From Thiogranum sp. (GTDB taxonomy: Bacteria > Pseudomonadota > Gammaproteobacteria > DSM-19610), in assembly GCA_024636585.1 (NCBI GenBank), contig JAGXGS010000021.1, forward strand, positions 59,722 through 123,721: DNA of 64,000 bases, read 5' to 3'. Every line of letters starts with the position of its first letter. The first letter of the stretch is position 1. The notes beneath the pieces were generated by a model. It ran no database searches. It saw nothing but the letters and a program-made list of their open reading frames with translations, and had not been told where the DNA came from. A program made the translations under genes and the position numbers. This document shows, one piece after another, positions 1-6,677 of the stretch.

Positions 1-435
1 TTCCTTGACTTTCCAGCCGCGCGCCTTGCCCTCGCGGATTTTTCGATAGAGCGTTTCACCGAACTCCACCTGCTCGCGGGTCGGCCGCGTGCGCAGTGAC
101 ATGAAACCGACCATGCGCCCGTTTTCAAAGATCGGATTGGCATTGGCCTCTACCCAGTAATAGCCGCCGTCCTTGCAGCGGTTCTTGACCAGGCCTTTCC
201 AGGGCTTGCCGGCCTGCAGGGTGTCCCACAGATCCTTGAAAGCTTCCGGCGGCATGTCGGGGTGCCGCACGATGTTCTGCGGCGCACCGATCAGTTCCTC
301 TTCGGCGAAGCCGCTGATTTCGAGGAAAGTGCGGTTGACATAAGTGATGATGCCCTTGAGATCAGTCTTGGATACGACACTGTCGCCATCCTTGAGCATA
401 CGCTCGACATTGTTTACGGGTAGATTGACGCGCAT
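1..435 (-). CDS. aer: Aer-like PAS-domain aerotaxis/redox chemoreceptor (N-terminal part; runs off the window)
   Basis: Own translation from ATG 435: MRVNLPVNNVERMLKDGDSVVSKTDLKGIITYVNRTFLEISGFAEEELIGAPQNIVRHPDMPPEAFKDLWDTLQAGKPWKGLVKNRCKDGGYYWVEAN, the typical Aer FAD-PAS signature. Lies downstream of the che genes; not in the ORF track. Confidence 0.88.
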   Translation of the reverse strand, partial: MRVNLPVNNVERMLKDGDSVVSKTDLKGIITYVNRTFLEISGFAEEELIGAPQNIVRHPDMPPEAFKDLWDTLQAGKPWKGLVKNRCKDGGYYWVEANANPIFENGRMVGFMSLRTRPTREQVEFGETLYRKIREGKARGWKVKE

Positions 436-489
436 GAGTGCCTCCAGTTACGTTCCATGATTTGATGTGTCACGGTGATTTTCACCGCT

Positions 490-1692
490 TCAGAATTCCT
501 GCCAGTCGCCGCCCGCAGGCGCCGCCTTGTTTACCGCACGCGCCGCCGCGCCGCGACCTGCCGCCGAGCCACGCGCCTTCCCCGCAGCCGGCTCGCTCAC
601 TGCGGCGGTTGCGGAACCGGCGCCAAAGAATTGCATGACCTCCACCAGTTTCCGCCCCTGCTCCTCGGCGGAGCGCGAGGCGGCCGCCGCTTCTTCTACC
701 AGTGCCGCATTCTGCTGCGTCACCTCGTCCATCTGTGCGATTGCGCGATTGACCTGCTCGATGCCCGCCGACTGCTCCTGACTCGCCGCGGCGATCTCGG
801 CAACGACATCCGTCACTTTCTTCACGCTCGCGACAATCTCGGTCAGGGTCTTTCCCGACTCATCAACCAGCGACGATCCGGCGCGGACTTTATCCACCGA
901 ATCCCCGATCAGATCCTTGATTTCCTTTGCCGCACCCGAAGACCGCTGGGCCAGGTTGCGAACTTCGGCCGCCACCACCGCGAAGCCGCGTCCCTGTTCA
1001 CCGGCGCGCGCCGCTTCCACCGCGGCATTCAGTGCCAGCAGGTTGGTCTGGAAAGCAATCTCGTCAATGACACTGATGATGTCCGCGATCTTGCGGCTGG
1101 AGGCGTTGATTTGACCCATCGCCGACACCGCCATCGCGACCACCTGACCACCCTGTTCAGCCTGGCTGCGCGCGCCCAGTGCCAGTTCGTTGGCCTGACG
1201 CGCGTTGCCGGCGTTCTGTTGCACAGTCGAAGTCATCTGCTCCATCGACGAGGCGCTTTCCTCGAGCGCGGCCGCCTGTTCCTGGGTGCGCTGGCTGAGA
1301 TCATCGTTACCGGCAGCAATTTCACGTGCCGAGGTGTTGACCGAGTCGGACGCGCAGCGCACCTCGCCAACGATCTGCGAAAGCTTTTCGCCCATCCGGC
1401 GCAGCGCGTTGAGCAGTTCGCCCAGTTCGTCGTTCCGCTCTATGCGGATGCTGTGATCAAGTTCGCCGTTCGCGATACGGCCGGCAACACTCACTGCCTG
1501 CTGCAGGGGCTGCACAATGGCCTTCACCAGCAGCCATGCCATCCACAGTACGAAGCCGGCACCAAGAACGATCGACACAATCGCAGTGGTGCGCATGACT
1601 GCGTAGAGTTCCGTGGCCTTATGATATTCCTCGCCGGCGATCTCCATCTGCAGCTTCAGAAGACTTTGCGTAACCTCGCCCACCGGCTCGTA
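490..1692 (-). pseudogene. Methyl-accepting chemotaxis protein, 3' half (TM2-HAMP-signalling domain, C-terminal pentapeptide DWQEF), separated from its 5' half by the IS
   Basis: Contains [30 protein letters not shown]. Joins in frame to 5645-6106 when the IS and one TSD copy are removed (...[14 protein letters not shown]...). Confidence 0.93.
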
Positions 1693-1700
1693 TAATGTTT

Positions 1701-1722
1701 CGGAAGTATGTACTTAACGAAA
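1701..1722 (+). repeat. Terminal inverted repeat of the IS1595 element (left end in window)
   Basis: Exact reverse complement of 5623-5644; preceded by TSD 1693-1700. Confidence 0.96.
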
Positions 1723-1766
1723 CGTGCGTGGGTATTTGGGCTGTTCAGCCCGTTAATTAGCAACCA

Positions 1767-1937
1767 CTAATCCTTCGGCTTCTTCTCTTTATCAGGCTTC
1801 GGCCAGCCTTCAGTTGGGCGCTCTTTCTTCAGGGCATCGCCCACGGCGTCCTCCCAGTCCTTGTCTATTTTGACGCGGTCTGGCTTTGGGCCGGTCTTAC
1901 TCTTTCCGTCCTCAGTGCTGGCTTTCTTCACCATCAT
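1767..1937 (-). CDS. Small Lys/Pro-rich hypothetical protein (56 aa), IS passenger
   Basis: Own translation MMVKKASTEDGKSKTGPKPDRVKIDKDWEDAVGDALKKERPTEGWPKPDKEKKPKD. Start overlaps the 3' end of the 305-aa gene; below the ORF-track cutoff. Confidence 0.6.
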   Translation of the reverse strand: MMVKKASTEDGKSKTGPKPDRVKIDKDWEDAVGDALKKERPTEGWPKPDKEKKPKD

Positions 1938-2829
1938 CAACATCCGACAGAACCAGTTTTTGAGCTTCCAGGAGCCGGATAAGCTTGCCTATCTCTTTTG
2001 GCCCCATGTCCCCAGATACCAGCAGCCGGTAGCTAATATCGCGTGAGAGTGGGCCACGCAGCCACTCTCGCTCGCTATCCGAAGTAGCGACACCTGGTAT
2101 TGGAAGAGTTGGGGGATTGACTCGCGGTGGCTGGTTATCCGATTGTCCACCCTTGCCTTCAACAATTACTTCGCTCATTGGAATGCCCGTCTGACTTCCA
2201 TCAATGAATACCCATGTCTGGCCTTCGTGTTCCTCAACCGCTCGCACACGCTTAGGTTGTTCGAGTTGGAGTACACCGCCAGACTCCCATTGCACCAGAT
2301 CTCCGATCTCCGCATTGTTTTCACCTTCTGGGCCTTCGTCCTGCACGCTGGCTTTATCAGGATTTATATACGATAAGGCGTCTTTATATACCTTAATTAT
2401 ATCAGAAACAGCATTGGGATTATACTCGCGACTGACGAGATAGTGCCGTAAATTCTCACCCGAAGCTTTACCATCAGGGTATTCGGCCACCAGATCACGA
2501 ATGATCTTAGGGGTAGTCGCAGCAGCCTCTAGTAGCTTACTCCTCTCCGGTGAAATCTCTCGTTCATCTCGGACGATGGATAAGCCCGCCTCTGTTAGAT
2601 TTACCACGCGATCGTTGCCAACACCTTTATCATCTATTAAACCAAAGGCTTTCAGCGCAGCAATGCTCAATTTCCCACCGCTACTCTTCTCACTATAATC
2701 CCAGTGGCTCACAACAGCAGATACAGGTGCCGCGTGCTTCCCCTCTTTTTCATAGAGTTTTTTCGCCCGAGCCACGCATTCTGTGAGAGTCAAACCCGGG
2801 TACGAAGGACTACGATGCCGTTTTGCCAT
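1912..2829 (-). CDS. Hypothetical protein (305 aa), IS passenger; N-terminal winged-HTH-like region, possible regulator
   Basis: Long ORF with GGAGA RBS and a sigma70-like promoter (TTGATA 2893-2888, TAAAAT 2869-2864). The ...SIAALKAFGLID...VNLTEAG segment resembles a wHTH wing. Confidence 0.75.
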   Translation of the reverse strand: MAKRHRSPSYPGLTLTECVARAKKLYEKEGKHAAPVSAVVSHWDYSEKSSGGKLSIAALKAFGLIDDKGVGNDRVVNLTEAGLSIVRDEREISPERSKLLEAAATTPKIIRDLVAEYPDGKASGENLRHYLVSREYNPNAVSDIIKVYKDALSYINPDKASVQDEGPEGENNAEIGDLVQWESGGVLQLEQPKRVRAVEEHEGQTWVFIDGSQTGIPMSEVIVEGKGGQSDNQPPRVNPPTLPIPGVATSDSEREWLRGPLSRDISYRLLVSGDMGPKEIGKLIRLLEAQKLVLSDVDDGEESQH

Positions 2830-2863
2830 GACTTAATCTCCGCTTGAATTTCAAAGTCAGGCT

Positions 2864-2930
2864 ATTTTATCTCCATGTGAGGAGATATATCAACTGAATT
2901 GTTTGACATATATCTCCGATAAGGTACAAT
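2864..2930. promoter_or_regulatory. Divergent sigma70 promoters with palindromic operators
   Basis: Rightward TTGACA (2903-2908)-N16-TACAAT (2925-2930); leftward TTGATA-N18-TAAAAT. Palindromes TATCTCC-N6-GGAGATA (2868-2887) and GGAGATATAT...ATATATCTCC (2881-2917). Confidence 0.7.
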
Positions 2931-3085
2931 TCCCCGCAATGAGGGTGCGGACCAAAAAGGAGGAATTAACTAGATGAGAAGAGCGAGAGGCTGGTCTGGC
3001 AGCCATGACCAAGCACCAAGAAGCAGAGGAAAGCTTGCTGGCCCCTGCTGCTACCTGGCGACCCAGATGGAACGATTATCATCTT

Positions 3086-3186
3086 GCCGACGTGGCGAAA
3101 TTGGTATACGCGGTGGCTTTGGAAGCTACTGGACACTGATCCTTGGGAGAGGGGAGTCCATGCGGGTTCGAATCCTGTCGTCGGCA
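3086..3186 (+). tRNA. Atypical class II tRNA: tRNA-Leu-like body, anticodon TGG (Pro), 31-nt variable arm, no encoded CCA
   Basis: Acceptor GCCGACG/CGTCGGC + A73; D-arm GCG-AAATTGGTATA-CGC; anticodon arm GTGGC-TTTGGAA-GCTAC (TGG at 3120-3122); variable arm TGGAC...GTCCA (3130-3160); T-arm GCGGG-TTCGAAT-CCTGT. Confidence 0.85.
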
Positions 3187-3233
3187 TTTTCACAAAATGC
3201 TATAGCAGTATATATGCTGCGGGAGTAATTTCA

Positions 3234-3380
3234 ATGGCAAAGAACGAGAAAACCTCGAAAAGCGTTGCTTCAAAAGCGGCAAAAATCCTTCGTAATCCGA
3301 GTTCTACGAAGGCCCAGAAGAGCGTAGCCGCATCTGCGCTCACCCAGGCCCCGGATAAGGGAAAGAAGGGCAAGAAGTAG
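3234..3380 (+). CDS. Small basic hypothetical protein (48 aa), IS passenger
   Basis: GGGAG RBS at 3221-3225 then ATG 3234; MAKNEKTSKSVASKAAKILRNPSSTKAQKSVAASALTQAPDKGKKGKK (true start inside ORF-track 3084..3380). Confidence 0.7.
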   Translation: MAKNEKTSKSVASKAAKILRNPSSTKAQKSVAASALTQAPDKGKKGKK

Positions 3381-3384
3381 TTAG

Positions 3385-3660
3385 TTAGGCTGTTTCAGCG
3401 AGTGGCTGGCTTATGTCAGTCACTCGTTTTATTGAACAATTGGGTATTGTGATCGTCCCGGACGCCTGCATATCATCACTGTCGGTATCGGCCAGGTTCG
3501 GTGCCAGCACTTTTGCGTCATCGCTCTCAAAGACCAGAAACCCTACAGACAAACAATTGCATACCGTGGGCGCCTCGATTGCCCCAATAAACTGCCAAGC
3601 CGGAACAGGCTGGCGGCTGTCCAGCCATTCAATGACAACAAGACGCGGAGTTTCAGGCAC
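3385..3660 (-). CDS. Small beta-rich hypothetical protein (~91 aa), translationally coupled to the transposase
   Basis: GTG 3660 lies just upstream of the transposase stop (GTGCCTGA). The LVVIEWLDS...CLSVGFLV...ITIP pattern resembles small phage/MGE proteins. Confidence 0.65.
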   Translation of the reverse strand: MPETPRLVVIEWLDSRQPVPAWQFIGAIEAPTVCNCLSVGFLVFESDDAKVLAPNLADTDSDDMQASGTITIPNCSIKRVTDISQPLAETA

Positions 3661-4615
3661 TTTTAACTGGCTCCCTGTAAAGAAGCCGTTTGCCATCTGC
3701 ACCACGTATAGCCGCTACTGTGCGGTCGCCATCTTCTAGGTGACGGTAGTTATAACGAAACTCGTATTCTGAAAGATAGCGGTGTAAATGCTCTTTTGAT
3801 ACTGAATGATAGATGCCATTCAGACCGCGTTTAACGATTGAGAAGAAACCCTCAATCGTGTTGCTGTGCACATCACCGCGCACGTATTCTTTACGGGCAT
3901 GATGGACAGCCGCATGACCATTCTTGAACTCAGCCCCAATACCACGGTAGGCCTGGTTCTCATCTGTTAGCAGCCGTGAAGCCTCTGGATCAATATTCTT
4001 CCTGATTTCCTTGCTCAGAGTCTTTGCTGTGACGTTGGCAATGACCTTGGTACGGACACGGCCTTTGCGCTCAACCATAGCCATAACGGCCTGCTTATTC
4101 GTTCCGCGCCCCGGTTTGCTCTGACCCTTGTAACGGGGCTTACCGCCGACATAGGTCTCATCAACCTCCACGTCCCCGGATAGTGGGCCGGGCGCTGAAT
4201 CAGACATGGCGAACCGAATACGATGTAGCAGGAACAGAGCTGATTTGTACGAAATTCCGGTATGACGGTGAATCTCAAGCGCGCTGACGCCTTTTTTGCT
4301 GGTAGATGCACGCCAGAAGCCATAGCACCAGTGGCGCAGCGGAATGCGGCTATCCTCAAATACAGTGCCTTTTCGGACGGTGAACTGGCTCTTGCAGCCA
4401 TTGCAGCGCCAGCGGAAGTTAGCCTGGCGCTCTTCCGTCTTGGAGTCCTTCATCTGATAAACGCTGGTGTCGCCACAATGCGGGCAGGCTGGATGATCGC
4501 CCCAACGCTGCTTTTCTAGGAATTCGACAGCCGCCGCTTCATCAGCGCAGGCGAGTGGAAGTTCCTGAATCACGGGGTCGTTCTTGGTGGATCGATTCTG
4601 TACTTTCTTGCCCAT
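3653..4615 (-). CDS. IS1595-family (ISXO2-like) DDE transposase with N-terminal Zn ribbon
   Basis: CPHCG...WRCNGC Zn ribbon; VEVDETYVGGK, LLTDE, HSNTIEGFFS, YLSEYEFRYN motifs. Confidence 0.95.
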   Translation of the reverse strand: MGKKVQNRSTKNDPVIQELPLACADEAAAVEFLEKQRWGDHPACPHCGDTSVYQMKDSKTEERQANFRWRCNGCKSQFTVRKGTVFEDSRIPLRHWCYGFWRASTSKKGVSALEIHRHTGISYKSALFLLHRIRFAMSDSAPGPLSGDVEVDETYVGGKPRYKGQSKPGRGTNKQAVMAMVERKGRVRTKVIANVTAKTLSKEIRKNIDPEASRLLTDENQAYRGIGAEFKNGHAAVHHARKEYVRGDVHSNTIEGFFSIVKRGLNGIYHSVSKEHLHRYLSEYEFRYNYRHLEDGDRTVAAIRGADGKRLLYREPVKSA

Positions 4616-4622
4616 GGGTAAA

Positions 4623-4650
4623 ATTATACTTGAGTAAACTCTTTTGTCAA
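4623..4650 (-). promoter_or_regulatory. Consensus sigma70 promoter for the transposase, probably leaderless mRNA
   Basis: TTGACA (4650-4645)-N16-TATAAT (4628-4623), then only 7 nt to ATG 4615, with no SD. Confidence 0.75.
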
Positions 4651-4697
4651 GTAAAAAGTTAGTTCATTGGCATGCTGAGTCTGTGCTCAAGATATAC

Positions 4698-4731
4698 TTG
4701 ACATGGACGAAAAACTATAAGTACTATAGTT
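4698..4731 (+). promoter_or_regulatory. sigma70 promoter and operator palindrome of the TA-like operon
   Basis: TTGACA (4698-4703)-N18-TACTAT (4722-4727); inverted repeat AACTATA-N5-TATAGTT (4713-4731) overlapping the -10. Confidence 0.7.
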
Positions 4732-4735
4732 ATCT

Positions 4736-5107
4736 ATGGTCACAAACATAGTCGAAATATCTCGCATCATAAAGCCCCGGCGAGGCGAGGTGATAAACAA
4801 ATTGCGGGCACGCCGACTGGTTTGTGAGATATCAAACGTTACCAAAGATATTTGTTTTACAGACCGCGCTAATGAGGATATGGGCAAAAAGCGTGTTACT
4901 AATGCACAAATAGTAGCTGCATTGCGATCTGGAGAATTAGTAAACGACCCGGAGTGGAGCATTGCCAATAAGGCGTGGGAATGCGAGACAGCACATAGTT
5001 TAGTAGCTGGACAGGATATCAAAATTTTATTTGCTATATATATAAATGACGATAGCGACGGGGAGAGGTGCCAGATTATAGTTTATTCAATACATTCAAG
5101 GGCTTAG
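4736..5107 (+). CDS. DUF4258-like putative RNase toxin (type II TA-like)
   Basis: ICFTDRANEDMGKKRVTNAQIVAALRSGELVNDPE resembles the DUF4258 FTxHAxxxMxxRxIT..xLxxG pattern. Immediately upstream of an XRE-HTH gene. Confidence 0.6.
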   Translation: MVTNIVEISRIIKPRRGEVINKLRARRLVCEISNVTKDICFTDRANEDMGKKRVTNAQIVAALRSGELVNDPEWSIANKAWECETAHSLVAGQDIKILFAIYINDDSDGERCQIIVYSIHSRA

Positions 5108-5109
5108 AT

Positions 5110-5559
5110 ATGTATCATTACAAAACATGCGGATTGCCAGATATATGGTTATCCAATGGTTACCAAAAAATAGATACCCCATATGGCGTAGCAGAATCAA
5201 TTGACGATCTAGATGGATTGCATAAAACAATTGCATTAGATGTTATTGACTCGGCTGAATTACTTACTGCTGACGAGGTTCGTTTTTTACGCAAAGAACT
5301 TGGTATGACCCAGCGACGTTTAGGTAACATTGTAGGCTACTCTTCTCAGTCGGTAGCACTGTGGGAGAAAGGTAAATCAAAAATAAAACCATCGGCAGAC
5401 CGTATTATCAGGAAAGTATACTTAGAGTATGCTAACCAGAATGAAACAATTGTTAATCTGGTTGACCGCCTAAATAGCATAGATAAAGAAGACCATCGGC
5501 GTAGACGTACATATATTGAAGATTCAGAAAGGGGATGGAAGCCACAAGAAGCAGCGTAA
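5110..5559 (+). CDS. XRE-family HTH protein, putative antitoxin/regulator
   Basis: MYHYKTCGLPDIWLSNGY N-terminus plus HTH EVRFLRKELGMTQRRLGNIVGYSSQSVALWEKG. ATG is 2 nt after the upstream stop. Confidence 0.8.
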   Translation: MYHYKTCGLPDIWLSNGYQKIDTPYGVAESIDDLDGLHKTIALDVIDSAELLTADEVRFLRKELGMTQRRLGNIVGYSSQSVALWEKGKSKIKPSADRIIRKVYLEYANQNETIVNLVDRLNSIDKEDHRRRRTYIEDSERGWKPQEAA

Positions 5560-5582
5560 CCCACACACCCTTTATTCAGATT

Positions 5583-5611
5583 AAAGCCCTGGTTTATGCG
5601 GGGCTTTTTTT
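5583..5611 (+). terminator. Rho-independent terminator after the TA-like operon
   Basis: AAAGCCC...GGGCTTT stem followed by a T run, just inside the right IR. Confidence 0.7.
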
Positions 5612-5622
5612 ATTCTCGTCCC

Positions 5623-5644
5623 TTTCGTTAAGTACATACTTCCG
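5623..5644 (-). repeat. Terminal inverted repeat of the IS1595 element (right end in window)
   Basis: TTTCGTTAAGTACATACTTCCG followed by TSD TAATGTTT. Confidence 0.96.
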
Positions 5645-6106
5645 TAATGTTTCCATCCGGTTCAGCACATGACGGCGCGCCTCGGCGTGCTGTCCGTCGC
5701 GCAGCAGCGCAATGGCCGGCTGCAGGCCCTGTGTAACAAACAGCTTGCGCTGTGCTGCGAACTGATCCGCGAGCCGGCGTTCTTCGGTCGTCAACCAGGT
5801 GGACATGTAGGCGTCCCAGATGTCACTGATCGATGCGATATTGGCTTCCACCGCCTCGGCATTGGCGCGACTGACTTCGCGATTTTCGCTCAACACCGCT
5901 CGACTGATCAGCAGCCGGTTCAACAGGATCAGGCGATCGATGCCAGCGAGCTGGTCCAGCGGTATGGTGCGATCTTCGTAGACGGTGCGTAACTCTTCCT
6001 TGACCTTGCCCAGGCTGACGACGCCCATGACGCCGATCGCAACCAGCAGCAGGATTGCGACACCCAGAGTGATGACGAGGCGCGCCTTGATGGTCAGTGA
6101 CTTCAT
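5645..6106 (-). pseudogene. MCP 5' half (TM1 + four-helix-bundle Tar-like ligand-binding domain), interrupted by the IS
   Basis: MKSLTIKARLVITLGVAILLLVAIGVMG TM1, then YEDRTIPLDQL 4HB. The last 16 aa of the ORF-track protein are read-through into the IS end. Confidence 0.92.
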
Positions 6107-6133
6107 CTCATAATCCTTTGCCGTCGCCGCCGG

Positions 6134-6661
6134 CTATTCGCTGCCGGCCGAGGTGATTTCCCTGATCTCATCGGGGCGCAACAGGCAATCGATGTCGAGC
6201 AGCATCACCATGTGATCTCCCACCGTAGCCAGTCCGTTGATGAAGTCGGCATCCACCGCAGTGCCAAAATCCGGTTTGGGCCGGATATCCGTTGCCGCGA
6301 TATTCAGCACATCAGAAACGGCGTCGACGACGATCCCGAAGGTGCGTTCGCGCCCCTCGGTGACCAGCGACAACACGATGACCACGGTGGTCGGTGTGTA
6401 TTCCACGGTGTCGAGATTGAAACGCATGCGCAGGTCGACGATCGGCACAATGGTGCCGCGCAGATTCAGCACCCCTTTCAGGTAGTCCGGTGCATTCGGA
6501 ATGATGGTGACCGGCGTCCAGCCCTTGATTTCCTGCACGCGCAGGATATCAACGCCGTATTCCTCGTTCGCCAGCGAAAAAGTGAGAAACTGGTTCGAGG
6601 CGTCGTCGCCGGATTCCGGCCCGCCCGAAGTACGTTCCGTGGTTGTCATGGCTTGCGTCAT
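6134..6661 (-). CDS. cheW: Chemotaxis coupling protein CheW
   Basis: QFLTFSLANEEYGVDILRVQEIKG...GVLNLRGTIVPIVDLR; AAGGAG RBS before ATG 6661. Confidence 0.95.
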   Translation of the reverse strand: MTQAMTTTERTSGGPESGDDASNQFLTFSLANEEYGVDILRVQEIKGWTPVTIIPNAPDYLKGVLNLRGTIVPIVDLRMRFNLDTVEYTPTTVVIVLSLVTEGRERTFGIVVDAVSDVLNIAATDIRPKPDFGTAVDADFINGLATVGDHMVMLLDIDCLLRPDEIREITSAGSE

Positions 6662-6677
6662 AATTTGCTCCTTGTTC

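Larger units (their letters stand above)
1701..5644. mobile_element. IS1595-family transporter IS (3944 bp) carrying passenger genes and a tRNA-like gene
   Basis: Perfect 22-bp terminal IR CGGAAGTATGTACTTAACGAAA (1701-1722 and 5623-5644); 8-bp TSD TAATGTTT (1693-1700 and 5645-5652); internal ISXO2/IS1595-type transposase; visibly more AT-rich than the flanks. Confidence 0.96.

Noticed and set aside
475-1695. 406-aa plus-strand ORF (likewise 6501-8162, 10493-11719, 37051-38331, 49738-51477, 56192-57571, 60167-61771)
   Set aside because: Antisense shadows of well-supported genes in high-GC DNA; no recognisable motifs.
1666-1696. TATAAT at the left IS junction as a hybrid promoter
   Set aside because: It lies in host sequence/TSD pointing into the IS, and the nearest -35-like hexamer is 19 bp away.
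3086-3186. tRNA as an integrase attachment site, tmRNA, tRNA-Sec/allo-tRNA (8/4, 9/3) or a transposase guide RNA
   Set aside because: No integrase and no duplicated 3' end; no tag ORF or pseudoknots; the acceptor/T stems fold 7/5; I found no complementarity to the IRs, TSD or target flanks.
3084-3233. N-terminal 50 codons of the 98-aa ORF 3084..3380
   Set aside because: Coincides with the tRNA cloverleaf; the RBS-supported start is ATG 3234.
5594-5644. C-terminal 16 aa of the 170-aa ORF as a genuine short protein
   Set aside because: Read-through from the interrupted MCP into the IS inverted repeat.
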